64,000 nucleotides of DNA, taken from the NCBI RefSeq assembly GCF_009914755.1, contig NC_060926.1; one strand, given 5' to 3'. Origin of the DNA: the human T2T-CHM13v2.0 reference genome, Homo sapiens. The notes beneath the pieces are model-generated. The model was not told the DNA's origin. It did no database searches and was given only the letters and a program-made list of their open reading frames with translations. Positions 29,376 through 45,187 of this stretch are shown in pieces. Numbering within the stretch: position 1 is the stretch's first letter; every line of letters starts with the position of its first letter. The position numbers were made by a program, and so were the translations under genes.

Positions 29376-30727
29376 GCTTAGACCCTGGGTCTTTGCATCA
29401 CAGATGTAAATGTCTAAATGACTCACTTGAAGACCTTGTTAAACTGCTGATTCTGGTTTAGTAGGTCTGGGGTGGGGCCTGAGATTCTGCCTCCAGGTAA
29501 AACTATTGCAGCTGTCCAAAGACCACACTTGGGACAAGGCCCTAGAAAGACAAGGGGCAGCCTCCTCTTCCTGTTTAGTTTAACTGATTTACTCACCCAT
29601 TCACCTAGGGGCAGCTAAACTGCAAGGGTTGGGGTTTTGTCGTAGTGAGTTTCCCTGCATGGGAGCAGGAGCAGGAGAAAGGATGCCATTTGAGGCAGAT
29701 GTGAGTTTTTTCCTGCCTCAGTGACAAAGTAACCCTAGCTACTGCTGCATAATATGTAGCCTGCACATACTTTATCCCTGTCCTGGGATAGCAACAAGTA
29801 AGTAGGCAGAAAGAAAGACTAAGTAGGATTCCCAGTAATTTGGAATACTTAAAATGTTAGAACTGGAAGGAGTTTTAGGGGTCATCCAGGCCAGATACTG
29901 CAGCTGGGGTCTGCACATGACTTCAGTATTCTGAAGCTTTGAATCAGGGTTTTGGTGTGGCATAGGGTTGTCTTGCACACGTCACTTTGTATTGAAGAAA
30001 AGACTGTATGTTTAAAAGTTTATTTTATAGGGTTGTAAAATATGTATAAATGTCAAAAAAAGTCCACTGCATGAAGACAGCCATGTAAAAGTGGTTCTAA
30101 CACAAGATTGTTGAGGATTAGCTGAGAAAATGCATATGAGTGATTCATCTCACTTTCCCCAAAAACTCTTCCAACAGTTTGTGATTGAAGGTAATAAATC
30201 CCCAATCTTGGGCCATTTAGCCTATCACATATTGTCAGAGTGGCATGAGAGAAGTCATAGTGAGCTTACCAGCACTCTGTGTCCTAGAAGAAACAGCTGT
30301 GTGATAGGCCTCACTGAAGTTGGGCTATTCCAGAACCAGAGTTGTAGAGAGCAGGTCTGGGCACTGGTCATTAGAGAGTTAGGCTCAAGGCTTTTGAGGA
30401 TTCTTGGTGTCCAATAGGATCATGAGGTTCAAATTATTTGGAGAGTCTTAAAAGAGAACTGTTAAAGTAATGGCAATCTCTTATATAATGTATTACATTT
30501 AAACACCTTTATATGTATAATTTATTAATTTGATTTGATTAATTTGATTAATCAAATTAACTGATTAAATAACTAAAAATTTATTGAGTTCCTTCTCTAT
30601 CCATAGCATTGATCTTTCATTGCAGGCAGGAAATACAAGGAAGTATACTGTAGTCTTTACCATGGAGAACAGTTTAAGGTGGCAGGTGGGAAATGAATAC
30701 AGAAATTTATTTATTAATTGATTGATT

Positions 30728-31001
30728 TGCTCTGTCTCCTAGGCTGGAGTGCAGTGGTGTGATCTTGGCTCACTGCAACCTCCGTCCGTCTCCTGGGTTC
30801 AAGCAATTCTCCTGCCTCAGCCTCCTCAGTAGCTGGGATTACACGCGCCTGCCACCATGCCCGGCTAATTTTTGTATTTTCAGTAGAGATGGGGTTTTGC
30901 CATGTTGGCTAGGCTGGTTTTGAACTCCTGACCTCAGGTGATCTGCCCGCCTCAGCCTCCTAAAGTGCTGTGATTACAGGCATGAGCCACTGCTCCCAGC
31001 C
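30728..31001 (-). mobile_element. Alu (AluS)
   Basis: Reverse-complement Alu. Confidence 0.92.
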
Positions 31002-31556
31002 TATACAGAAATACATATATTAGTAAAATGTAAAATTTACTGTTTTTAGAAGCAAAATTAAAACTGAATAGTTTAATTTTAAAGAGATGTTTTGTTGTTA
31101 GTAAGTGCCAAAGGAACTGAGGCACAGGCTCTCTATGGGCCGTAGGGAGTCAGGGAGTGATTAGGAAAAATTATGGAGGAAGTAGGGCCAGTAGGTAAAA
31201 AGTAGGATCCTAGAGAACAGGTGGGATTTGGTTGGCCAAAGTGAAGAAGGGCTGTGCTCTCAAAGTAAGGGTAAAATGAATCAGAAAATTACAAAACAAG
31301 GATAAATGAGATTTAAAAGGATTAAGAGGGATTCAGAGGTACTCTTCCCCCACTGAATGGAACAGAAGAGCTTGGTGCACAGCTGTTGAAAATAAGCTCT
31401 ATCATCTGCAGGAGAGTTTTTCTGTACTAATAGAGACTTCAGGGCAGTTGTTTCTCAGTTATGTCATATGCATTGGTGTCTCCATTCTGGACTCCTAGAG
31501 GCAGTAGTGACCATCCGGTAATCTTATACCTACATCTAAAACAAAAACAGTGTTCA

Positions 31557-31960
<404 letters not shown>

Positions 31961-32745
31961 TCAGGATTTTATAAGCTTCTCATTCAGTAATGCAGTAAGA
32001 GTGGCAGAAGTGATGCTGAAATGCAGAAAAACATCAAATGTTGCAAAGAGTAGTTAAAATGGCAATAGAGTATGCAAGCTTATCATCTTCCTCCATTTCT
32101 ACCTACTAAGTAATAGAAAGGTCTTTCAGATAACAGTTTCTTAAAAAGCTGCATTGTCTGTTAAATGGTTTCATTGAAACCATGTTTGAGTTACCAGTTT
32201 AGTAAAAAATATTTTGCAAAGGAAAATCCTAATTTTTTTTGTTATAATCAGTTATATTAAATTCCTAACAGCAATAGCTTGAAAGTTTCATTTTGCTTTT
32301 TAACAAAGCAGTCTGTTCAGTTTGCTTTAAATAGTCTGCAGTGTGCCTTAGAAATGAAAGATGAGGTTTTTTTTCTTAAAATTAATTGCTGTGGTTCTGG
32401 TTTTACAGGAAATTATCAGTTCAGTGAACTTCAAGCTTCATTCTTAGTCCTTGAAGTAGTCGTTAGGAGCTTCTAAATACCACACAAAGAAGACATGTAA
32501 GAGATTACAGATCACAGCTAAGGCAGGGGTATGAAATAAAATCTAACGTCTTTAGATTTATAAAATAAAATCTAAAGACTGAAGCAGTATTGCTATTTTT
32601 TTGGCTATATGGATTTGAAAGTATTTATTGAATTCTGTGAAGTAGCACATTATTCAAGACTATGTTGATATTTGCTTAAAAAGTAGAACACTACATCATG
32701 GAAGTCAACATTAAAGTGGTATTTCTCTCTTTTGAACTTCTAGAG

Positions 32746-32952
32746 CAGAGTTTACCAAGCTCTGTAAGAGGCCACACAGTAAATATTTTAGGCTTGAGGC
32801 TATGTGGTTTCTGTTGCAACTGCTCGTCTCTTCCATTGTACCTCAAAAGCAACCATAGACAGTACGTAAATGAATGAGTATGGCTATGTTCCAATAAAAC
32901 TTTAAAAATAGCCTGCCAATTTGGCCCTCAGACCTTAGTTGGCCAACCCGTG
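32746..32952. mobile_element. MER58A-like hAT element with perfect 8-bp TSD TTCTAGAG
   Basis: TSD at 32738-32745 and 32953-32960. Confidence 0.8.
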
Positions 32953-34169
32953 TTCTAGAGAATTTAATCTCTTCTACTTTTTTTTTCAAGCAGGAAATAC
33001 TAGTATTGCTAGTTATCTTTTAATATTTTATCTTCCCTTTTAAAGTGTAAGTTCTTTGAAAATAGAGAACATATCTTTTACATCTCTCACCCATATCAAT
33101 CAAGGTGTACAATGCCTTACACCATGCAAACTATAATAAACATATCTGTTGTCATTTTGAATCTGTTCTAATAATAAGAGCTCTGTTTCCATTTGTGGAG
33201 CATTTTATAGTTTAGAAAGTGCTTTGACATAGGTTTCTTATCTGGTTCTCACAGTAGCCTCAGAAGAAGGAAGGTAGGGTAAATGAATTTACCCATTCTA
33301 TAGACCATATAGCTGGTTATAGTGAATTTCCCATTCTATAGACCATATAGCTGGTTAAGTGAATTTCCCAAGTTTATATTGTCTAATAAATGGCAGAGCA
33401 AATATTTGGGTCTGCTTTCTCTTGTGGTAATGAACTGTCATCTCTAACTTTCTAAAAATAGAAGAATCTCATCTTTTTAGTCTGTCTTTTGCTCAAACTG
33501 TTGAATATCCTGCAGTATTCCTGCATTTTATCTCAGAATCTTAGCTAAATTTTCCATTGAGTTTTAAATAGTTTAAGATTTAGCATTCAAATATGCTTGT
33601 TCTTTTGGCACAGAAAAGGGTCATTTCTGTTCTCTGTTCTCAGGAGACAGATCTGAGCTATGCAGAATTAGAAAGATTTTTAAAAATTTTTTATTTTTAA
33701 TTTTAGAAATAGATTTTTTTTTTTTTTAAAGCTCACATACAAGGATGTCTCATTCTTCCAGTTTCTCAGAGAAGAACCTGGTCTTTCATGATATCTGCAC
33801 TGAGCCCTGGGAATATTAGTCTGTAAACCTTTTGCTTCAGCTACAATGAGCTTGTATATTTATGCTTAAGTGCTCTGTGTTCTCTTCACTGAGAATACTT
33901 TCCTCTTATTACAGAAGTAAATTTTATCTTTTAAAACCCTGCCAGTGGTGGTTATATAGATGTATACATAAGTAAAAATGCATTTAGCTGCATAATTTCT
34001 GATTTGTATACTTTATTTAAAATAGCGTTATTTCTCAGTATTTAATAATTATCTGTGAAAAAAAGCCCAAGTTTTACCTCTTTCTCCAAAGGCATCTCTC
34101 ACCTCTCCAGCTCACTGCTTTTTTCACTTAAATGTAGCTTTGTGAAATAGCAGCCAGTATTGTCTAATT

Positions 34170-34380
34170 GGCATTATGACTTTGGAGTCCAAACTGGTAG
34201 AGTCTGAATCTCAGCATTGCTACTTAACTTCTCTGTGCCTCAGTTTCCTCATCTGTAAAATGGAGGTAATTAGAGTACCCACTTCACAGGATTGTGAGGA
34301 TTAGATGAAGTAATACATAAAAGTACTTAGGACGGTGCCTAGTTTGTAGTGAGCATTCATATGTAAGTGGGTACTATTAT
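34170..34380 (+). mobile_element. MIR
   Basis: Core ctctgtgcctcagtttcctcatctgtaaaatgg. Confidence 0.85.
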
Positions 34381-34958
34381 TAACTTTTAAATGGAGCCTG
34401 CTTCTTAGTTGCTTTTGTACACTGCCCCAGCTGATGCCCGAGGCCATTGTTGATGATGACATTTGCATGTCTAATATTAGGCACAGTGTCCTACTGGGAT
34501 GTTGATGCCCCACATTTTTATTTTCTGTGGAATTCTTACTTTATAATTAGTCCAGTTGTATGTATTTTACAAATGAATGGTGTGTCAGAATTTCAAGGAA
34601 CATGGCATATTCAGTACCATATTATTTATTGTATTAGTTTTTATTTAGGGATGGGACTTGGTTTTATAGAAAGAGTGACACACTAGAAATCAGGAGACTG
34701 GATTTTAGTCCCATTTTTGCCATTGATTTTTTTTTTTTATTTCATTGGGCAACTCAGCCTGTGTGTCCTCCTTATCTGTAAAATGGTGAATTATTGTTAT
34801 CTACTACCCTCTTTGGGTCTAATACTTTTTTGTTCTCATATATATGTGAGAAGCTACTTAGTTACTCAGTGTAATGATGCCTGTAAAATTGATGTGATTT
34901 CCTTGATATAACCAATTGCTTTATATTAGAAATTGATTATTGCTTTCTCTGTTTTCAG

Positions 34959-35027
34959 CTTCGGGCTCAGAATCAGGTTCTGAAAAAAGGTGTTGTGGAT
35001 GAACAAGCAAATTCTGCAGCTTTAAAG
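34959..35027 (+). CDS. PPP1R21: PPP1R21 exon 2 (LRAQNQVLKKGVVDEQANSAALK)
   Basis: tttctctgttttcag| acceptor; AAG|gtgggc donor; 69 nt, phase 0-0. Confidence 0.96.
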
Positions 35028-36239
35028 GTGGGCAACAGGATATTTGTGTTGTGAGGGTTAAGTTAGCATTTGGTGTTGCTCAAAGCAGGTTCATTGGGTT
35101 TTCTGGGTTAAAGTTCCAACTCTGACACTGATTCACTAGGGATAGGGGACAGTAATACAGTCTTTTGTGGTTAATTTTCCTACTTGCTTAGGTAAGAACA
35201 TGAGGTACTTTGATTTCCTTAGCTAAAAATTATAAAAAAAGGTATTATGTGACTTTGTCTAATGCATTACTCCTGTGCCTCAAGGCCTTTACTTAGCTCG
35301 GTTTATCTGGATTATTAAGGCTTCTTATCAGTTGTCATCACAGACAGCTTTCTGAGGGAGGCTATGTCATATTCCTATTTGAATCCCTCTCACTCAGCAG
35401 ATGGCAGGTCTCTAATAAGTGGATTCCATTGTGTGAATCATTTAGTCCCTAAATCTTGCCTTTAGTTGAGCTATTTAATAGTAATAACCTGTGTTAATCA
35501 GGACACTCTTTGAGTGATACATTTTACCATCAGCATTTTTGTTAACTGAGGGGAGAAATATGATAGATGAAGGAATTTGTTTCTGCCTCATTTCTAGTAG
35601 GCATGTAGTAAATATTGCTTAGTGATATTTTTAAATGGATAAATTAAGTCTAGGATTTGGATTTCTTCTTGGCCAAGTTTCAGTTAAATATACTGTCTAG
35701 CTCACTCTTTTGCTCTTTCCCTTTCTTGCTCCCTCTGCTCTCTTTAGACAGATGGGATTAGGATTCCTCTTACTTCTGTCTCTTTTTGGATAAGCCCCTG
35801 ATCAGTAATATGTCTGAGGTGGCTCCACTTAGGCAACTAAGCCCCAGAAATTGTCCTTTTACGTAGTCAGTTGTTGGATCCTACAGGAGAGAAATCTGTC
35901 TCTGAGTGTCTCCTCCTCAGGTGCTGTTAGCACACTCTCAGGGTTGAGATGGTTCTGAACACCCCACCCATACTTCCAGGCTCTCTGCACCCAAGCCAAG
36001 ATGATTAAAAAAGAAGCTTTATAGTCAGGATTTATTAGTCAAGTTATTGTTTCACCAAAATTGTTGAAAAAATGATCATTATATCTCCAAATGATATTTA
36101 AACTTATTGCTGGGGAAAGTCTTTCCTTGTTTGTCCTAGTAGCCTGCGCTGGTGTTTCATACCCTCCTGTTGCTGGTTGTGTTTGATTAACTCTGTGATG
36201 GCAGTAATGGTAGGAACAGTGGTAGGCGTGGTGACAGCT

Positions 36240-36375
36240 GGTTCTATTGATTGAGCACTCACTGCATACCAGGCATTGTGCTAAGTCCATTATGTCCATT
36301 ATCTTATTTCGTGTTCACAACAACCCGATGAGGTCAGATAACATTATCATCCCCATTACAGAAACTGGAGTTTAG
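36240..36375 (-). mobile_element. MIR
   Basis: Reverse-complement MIR core. Confidence 0.75.
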
Positions 36376-36866
36376 CGAAAGGCTGGGATAGATGTTTTCT
36401 GAAATTAATGATTGGTTAATGGAGTTGGAGCATTAGTTTATTTTAAGAATTATAAGCATAATTATATATTATAATTATATAATATAAATTATGAGAAAAA
36501 TAAATTATTTTTTTTTTTACTGTTTATTACAGTAGTCATTGTAATTATAGTACAACAAGTGACAATTTGCCAGTTTGCTAGACAGGAATATTTGGATTTC
36601 CTGTGTTACAGGAGGCTTTTAGTTTTCTTACTGGGTTTACCCTTTCAGTGAGCTGTTAGGTGTAATCAATGCTCATTGATTTGAATTTTTAAAATTTGAA
36701 AGACATGATAGTTTGGACATGGGCTAGGCCTAAATTTGCCTTTGAAGTACAAGTAAAAATTAAGGTTTTACTAAACAAATGTAGGAAAAAAATTATTTTC
36801 TCCTTAATGGGAGCATATTGTTCTATCCCTCTAGCACTTTTCTCAACATGCAGGTAATGTCAGTAG

Positions 36867-37204
<338 letters not shown>

Positions 37205-37304
37205 TAGGTTGCTGTTTCAATACAGTTAAATCATCTGTTCGTTAAAGCATGACCTTCATGTTTTATAATTGTTTCAGTGAAATTAGTAAACATACAGTTA
37301 TTTT

Positions 37305-37446
37305 TTTATTTTCTATTTTTTTAAATAGAGATGACGTCTCACTATGTTGCTCAGGCTGGTCTCCAGCTTTTGGGCTTAAGCAGTCCTCCTGTCTCGGCTT
37401 CCCAAAGTGCTGGGATTACAGGCATGAGCCACTGTGCCAGCCCAGT
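37305..37446 (-). mobile_element. Alu left monomer / FLAM
   Basis: Single-arm Alu. Confidence 0.8.
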
Positions 37447-37914
37447 TCTTTAAATATACAGTATTACATGGCCATCTGTGTTTGACAATCAGTGAATAAA
37501 AAGTTGTCAGAACATCATAAGTAAAATATAGTTAGAATAATTCTTTTAAAAAAGAGTGAAACTAAATATTTCTCTTTAGTTTTCCATTTTCATACCCCAT
37601 TATGGCATAAACAGAACAAAATGGTCACCAGAGGGTGTGTCAAAAAGGTTAGCAGAATATTTTAGATTTTGTTTCTATTGTCATTTAGCTTTAAAGTGAA
37701 TTATTGTAGGACAGCATATGAAAATATTTTTGGTATGATACTGATTTTTATCTTTGATATGTCAGAATAGTTGAAGAACAATTAAGTGTGTTGCAGACTT
37801 CATTTTGACTAATTTAAATTCAGGGAGGATTTACAGAAAAAATGGAATACAAGTATATTTCTTCCCATTCTTTTTCACTGAAGGGAATCATCAGTAAATC
37901 TGAGGTTCTTTTTA

Positions 37915-38271
<357 letters not shown>

Positions 38272-38549
38272 TCAATCTTTGTGTCTGTTCACTGTCATAG
38301 GATGTTAGTTGATCACGATCTGTTACTTTAGTATAGTTGCTCTTATTTTTATATTTACTTGGTTTAGCCAAAAGATTATCTTTTCACAAAGTGCTAAAAA
38401 CTTAAGAACTGAAGTGATACACATACAACCTGAATTTCCTAAAGCAAGAGGTTTTGATTATATTTTGGTGAAATAGAAATAATTTTTAATAAAATTTCTA
38501 AACCTTACAGCTAAACTGTGAGGACCAATCTGTTTTCACTTTGATATAG

Positions 38550-38696
38550 GAGCAACTGAAAATGAAGGATCAGTCATTGAGAAAACTACAACAGGAAATG
38601 GACAGTTTGACATTTCGAAATCTGCAGCTTGCCAAGAGGGTAGAACTACTTCAAGATGAACTAGCTCTAAGTGAACCACGAGGCAAGAAAAACAAG
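38550..38696 (+). CDS. PPP1R21: PPP1R21 exon 3 (EQLKMKDQSL...EPRGKKNK)
   Basis: tttgatatag| acceptor; AAG|gtaggt donor; 147 nt, phase 0-0. Confidence 0.95.
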
Positions 38697-38794
38697 GTAG
38701 GTTCAAATACAGGCAAGTTAGTGTGACCTTGTCATTAGTTACTGACACCTACAGGGCATCCTGGTTTTAACAGAAGACCCCACTGCCGAATTAT

Positions 38795-39397
<603 letters not shown>

Positions 39398-39687
39398 CCG
39401 GCCCTGAATTTTTAATGTTCCGTTGTTACACCTGGATATTAGGTCAAGAAAGCAGACTCTTATTATTAATATATATTAAATGTTAGGGACATTTATATGA
39501 TAGTCAATTTTAAAGAACTTATTAGGAGCAAATGTAGTTGGTTTAGTGGCCGAGAAGAGACAGTGGAATATCTTATATTAGCTAAAATTTTTGACATCTT
39601 TTGGTTATACCAGGTTGCCATTAATCCAAGGTTGAGCAAATAAAATGAGGGAGATTGTCAAAGCGTTACTACTCATATGAAAGTAGC

Positions 39688-39990
39688 GGCCGGGCGCGGT
39701 GGCTCACGCCTGTAATCCCAGCACTTTGGGAGGCTGAGGCGGGCAGATCACGAGGTCAGGAGATTGAGACCATCCTGGCTAACATGGTGAAACCTTGTCT
39801 CTACTAAAAATAGAAAAAATTAGCTGGGCGTGTTGGCAGGTGCCTATAGTTCCAGCTGCTCGGGGGAGCTGAGGCAGGAGAATGGCGTGAACCTGGGAGG
39901 CAGAGTTTGCAGCGAGCCGAGATCAGGCCACTGCGCTCCGACCTGGGTGGCAGAGTGAGACACTGTCTCAAAAAAAAAAAAAAAAAAAAA
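39688..39990 (+). mobile_element. AluY-like (TSD aaagtagc)
   Basis: AluY diagnostics. Confidence 0.92.
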
Positions 39991-40724
39991 GTAGCAGTTG
40001 AAACACTTATACCTTAGGTTTGTAAGTTTACTGCAGATGTAATTTCTTAGCATTTATTCTTACGAGGCCAGTTTGGTGTTCTTGTCTTGAGATTTAGAGA
40101 TGAGTTTTTTTGCCTTATGGTTTTATATGGTGAGGCGGGATTCTTATTGCTCTAAGGTGGATAATCTGGTACTTTTGAACATTGTGATTAAGAGATTGCT
40201 GCTCTTTTTTTTTTTTTTTTTAAGGGTAGAAGTAGTGATTGAGTCTTTAAGTCTTGTATGTATATAGACTAACACTCCACAAATGTATGTATTGAGGCAG
40301 TAACAGTAGAATGGGTAGAAGGGAAGGAGAAGGCACACAGTGACTCTGAAGGAGTGCAGTATGGCCAGAAGAGCACAGGCTTCAGATTTAAGCCCAGGCT
40401 TGAATTCTTTGGTTGCCTTTAATAAATCTGTGACTTTCGGCACAATTTTTAACCTTGTAATCTTAGTTTCTCCATCAGCAAAGTGACAATGAGCCTTTCA
40501 GGTTTGTTGTGAGGATTGTATGGTATCATGTAAAAGTGCCTAGGGCCATATTTCCCATGTCATGGGTAGTTGCCATAATTATATGTTAATAGTTTTCCCA
40601 TATGCATTTCCCCACATAGAAGCATTCGCGAGAGTGTTAGTGTTCAAATAAAGGAGGCAACAGAGAGGGTATAACACTTATGTATTAGAATCACTTGGGA
40701 AACTTTTTCAAGATATACATACCA

Positions 40725-41073
<349 letters not shown>

Positions 41074-42080
41074 TCAAACATGTTCTTCAGGTTCTTAATA
41101 TCCCTGCCTAGGACTGTTGAGCAGAGGTTTGGGTGTAATATTGAGAATTAATTTTAATTAAAGCTCATCAAATTTGGAAGCACTAAGGACCCTGAATACA
41201 TCGTTCTGCAGTGTTCCATATGCACCTCTTGTTTTCCAAACATGATGGATATTTAATTTCTTTTTATATGGCTACTCCATTTTCAAAGGGCTTTTAAATC
41301 ACTGATTCAAATTGGATTAGTAGGTGAGTTCATTTTAAGTGAGAAGTGAGACTACAAAAAAAGCAGAGAAAGGGTGGTGACTGATGTTTGAACACAGTTT
41401 CATTGTTAGGCTGTTCCTTGAATAGTCTCAGTTCTATGTATTACATGAAAACAAATACTCATTATTAGATGTTTTAAATAGTGCTATTCTTCTATGTAGA
41501 ACGAGTTCATATTAGTAAAAATTTAAAGGAAGGGATTTTAAAATAATCTTTGAGAATTTTCCTATTTATTTATAATAGCTTTATTTTATATATTTTTTAA
41601 CTTAGAAATTTATATGAACTTTTGTATAAACTTACCTTTGTGGATGCTGTTACAGAATTTATTACAATTTCTTATGGAGTTTAACAACTCCGACTCATGA
41701 AATTGCTATAACTCTCATTTCCCAAACCAAAAGATCAAATTGAAATGATATTTATGAGCTTATTTTATATTGCTGGAGCTTTCTAGGTCTGCTCCGTCCT
41801 CCAGCAGAACTACTCCTGAATTCATCTGCAAAGAATAGTAAGCCTTATCTGTTCTTTTCTCTCTCTTTTTAAAGCTTTCCTGCTCCTTACAATATTTGCA
41901 GTTTCAACTTGTGTCACATAGGAAAAGTTAAATGATGAACTGTATAGCTTTTGCAGGATTGTTTGAGAATGGTGAACACATAGAAGAGACAAGCTTCTAA
42001 GATGATAGAGAATCTGTGTACCTTAGGATGTTTCTCTAAAGGATGAAAGTTATGTGGACATAACTTATTCTTTCCATCAG

Positions 42081-42182
42081 AAAAGTGGAGAATCTTCTTC
42101 TCAGTTGAGTCAAGAGCAGAAGAGTGTCTTTGATGAAGATCTGCAAAAGAAGATAGAAGAGAATGAACGGTTGCATATACAA
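42081..42182 (+). CDS. PPP1R21: PPP1R21 exon 4 (KSGESSSQ...ERLHIQ)
   Basis: ttctttccatcag| acceptor; CAA|gtgaga donor; 102 nt, phase 0-0. Confidence 0.95.
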
Positions 42183-42765
42183 GTGAGAAAATCTGTTTTT
42201 CTATGTGAATTAAAAAATGGGTCTGTGATCTGTTAATGTGGAAAAGCTAATGCACATAGAGTGTTTTGTGTCTGCGTGGGTATTTTAATGTCTTCTATGG
42301 TCTTCAAGTATATATGTCACTGTCACTTATTCATTTCTTAAATATCACACAGTCTTAATGTGGATGTGTGCTTTGAAGTATATGCATTTGTTCAGAAGAC
42401 AGCAGAATAGCTTTATAACTTAACAGTGCAGAAATATACTGAGCATTATTCATTTTATATGGGAAGTGATTACATGTATCATTTAAATGGGAGCTTACCA
42501 ATAAATGGTATTTGCTTTTTTCCCTCCCCCTCCCTTTTTTTTTTTTTTTTAACTGATGTTTAGTTTTTTAATTTACTGATGTTTAGTTGGTTCTTATCCC
42601 TACCCCTGTTAAACTGTAAGGTCTCTGAGGGTATGAACCATGTATGTTTCCTATGCCTAGTCCCAGGACAGTGTCTTACTTATGTCAGGCACTCAGATAT
42701 TTATGGAATGTTGAAAAGTTAGTGCCTGCCCCCAAACCACTGAGCATATTCTAAGATTCATAGTG

Positions 42766-43090
<325 letters not shown>

Positions 43091-43414
43091 CTATAACCTC
43101 CTTACTTATTTTTTTTTGGTCAAATGGTAGGAAACACACACACACACACACAAACAGACACGCTTTTCAGTCTTTGAAAAAGTTGTTTTTGACCACAGTG
43201 TATTTTATATCTAAGTATTCACAATTCTTTATTAGTATTGGACTCTAATTACAGGAAAGAGCTTTACCTGTTTTAAGAATAACACCTGTTTTAATTTTGA
43301 TTATTTTATGTGAAAGTTAGCTTAGTAGAAAAGTTATACTCTGATCAATTGAATTCTATGTATGCCAGACATTGTTTAAAACAGAAATTCATGAGACTGA
43401 GAGGTAGGAGGTGC

Positions 43415-43650
43415 AGGCTTTGGAGTAGGTTTCCTGTGTTCAAATCTCAGTTCTACTATATTTTAGCTGTGAGACATTAGACTAGTTATTAACTCTTTTA
43501 AGCTTGAGTTTCCATATTTGTAAAGAGGAATAACAGTAGCTACTTCTGATATCCTGTGAGGATTTAATGAGATAATGCCTGTGTGGGTTTAACATAGTCA
43601 GCATATGGAACCATGTGGAAGTTGCTCAGTGAATAGTCACTGCTGTTATT
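43415..43650 (+). mobile_element. MIR
   Basis: Diverged MIR core and 3' end. Confidence 0.75.
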
Positions 43651-43708
43651 TTTCTCATTTATGTATATTAGGATATTGTGAGAAGAGAAAATGGTCTTCT
43701 CTTTTTAG

Positions 43709-43873
43709 TTTTTTGAAGCTGATGAGCAGCACAAGCATGTGGAAGCAGAGCTGAGGAGTCGACTGGCCACTCTGGAGACAGAAGCAGCCCAGCACCAAGC
43801 TGTGGTTGACGGTCTCACCCGGAAGTACATGGAAACCATTGAGAAGCTGCAGAACGACAAGGCTAAACTAGAA
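43709..43873 (+). CDS. PPP1R21: PPP1R21 exon 5 (FFEADEQHKH...NDKAKLE)
   Basis: cttctctttttag| acceptor; GAA|gtaagc donor; 165 nt, phase 0-0. Confidence 0.95.
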
Positions 43874-44049
43874 GTAAGCCCCATTGTGAGAGCACACTAA
43901 AAAATAGTTACAGCTTTTGTATTAATAAATTGTCTTTCCACTTAGAGTTAGTCATTTCTGGTGAGACTTTTGCCTGCAGGGTCTTACTAAGTGTGCTCCT
44001 ATCTGTCGTAGCCTGAGCCATCTGTGTTTCTTTTTCTTCTGAAATTCAG

Positions 44050-44108
44050 GTGAAATCTCAGACTCTAGAAAAGGAAGCCAAGGAATGTCGACTTCGAACG
44101 GAAGAATG
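44050..44108 (+). CDS. PPP1R21: PPP1R21 exon 6 (VKSQTLEKEAKECRLRTEE C)
   Basis: Pyrimidine tract then attcag| acceptor; TG|gtatgt donor; 59 nt, phase 0-2. Confidence 0.95.
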
Positions 44109-45092
44109 GTATGTGGAAACTTGAATTCCAAGAGGGTTCTGAAGCAAGACTCAGAAGACATGGGTTTTGGTTGTAGCAGCTCCTCTGTTTTAATTGTCTT
44201 ACATTTAAAAGGAGAAAATGGGAGTAATCTACAGGGTCCTTTTCAATTCTGGGATCTCCGGGGCCCTAAGCATTCTTGATAGAGTGGCCTGTGTATTAGT
44301 TCTCAGCCTGCAAGGGTTTGGGGCTGTGGCAGATCGTGTTCTGGAGCTCTTGCACTGAAGACTGGAGACTTTCTGTTTGAAACTACTCTAAACAGAAGGG
44401 GCCTCTGATAGTCCCAGGAAGGAAAACTGATAATCACCATGCCAATCTTTTAATGGTACATTTTGAATAAAATAGAGGTTATGCGATCTAATTTGGAGAT
44501 ACATAAATTTTAAAATCAAAATACTAGTAATGCATGGTAAAGGTGTACTCCAACATTTATTTGATAATATTTTAGTTTTTAATAGGATCAACTAAGTGAA
44601 TTTCTCATATCGATTTTGTTGCATCGTTAGAATTACATGCATGATTTAGATGTGTACATAATTGAACCAAACACAGAAAGAGTTCAAGGGGAAAAGAAGG
44701 CTAATACAGTATGTACTTAAAAAAAGTCTATAGTGATACTAGTGAATACTTATGTGTTGTAACGAGAACATTTGTGATTACTTTGAGCTTGGGGAAATAT
44801 TATTTCTAAGATTACTTTGAGCTTGGGGAAATAAATGTAAGGTTGGCTAAGACACTCGTACCATGATAAATTCCTCCAAACTTCCACATCATTCTCCAGA
44901 AGTCCCTGGGACTTGAGAAGCCAGGTTAGCGTTTTTGTTATCTTCCTCTTTTAACAACTCTCTGCCAAGAGTATCCCAGATGTCAGGTGCAGTTCTCTGG
45001 AAGCCTACTACCAGCTGTTGAGGTAACAAATAAATGAGGATTCACTCAGTGATTGGTGATAATGTGGTTTTGTATTTTTTTTTTTTTTGCAG

Positions 45093-45187
45093 TCAATTAC
45101 AGTTAAAGACTCTTCATGAAGATTTGTCAGGTAGATTAGAGGAATCCTTATCAATCATCAATGAAAAAGTACCTTTTAATGATACAA
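45093..45187 (+). CDS. PPP1R21: PPP1R21 exon 7 (QLQLKTLHEDL...VPFNDT K)
   Basis: T14-gcag| acceptor; A|gtaggt donor; 95 nt, phase 2-1. Confidence 0.95.

Noticed and set aside
33284-33370. Short direct repeats as a CRISPR-like array (also 44776-44833)
   Set aside because: Only ~2 copies, no unique spacers of regular length, eukaryotic intron, no cas genes
36455-36495. AT-only quasi-palindrome
   Set aside because: Low complexity; expected by chance
45165-45177. KVPF as the PP1-docking RVxF motif
   Set aside because: Proline at the x position is disfavoured; the functional motif cannot be assigned from sequence alone
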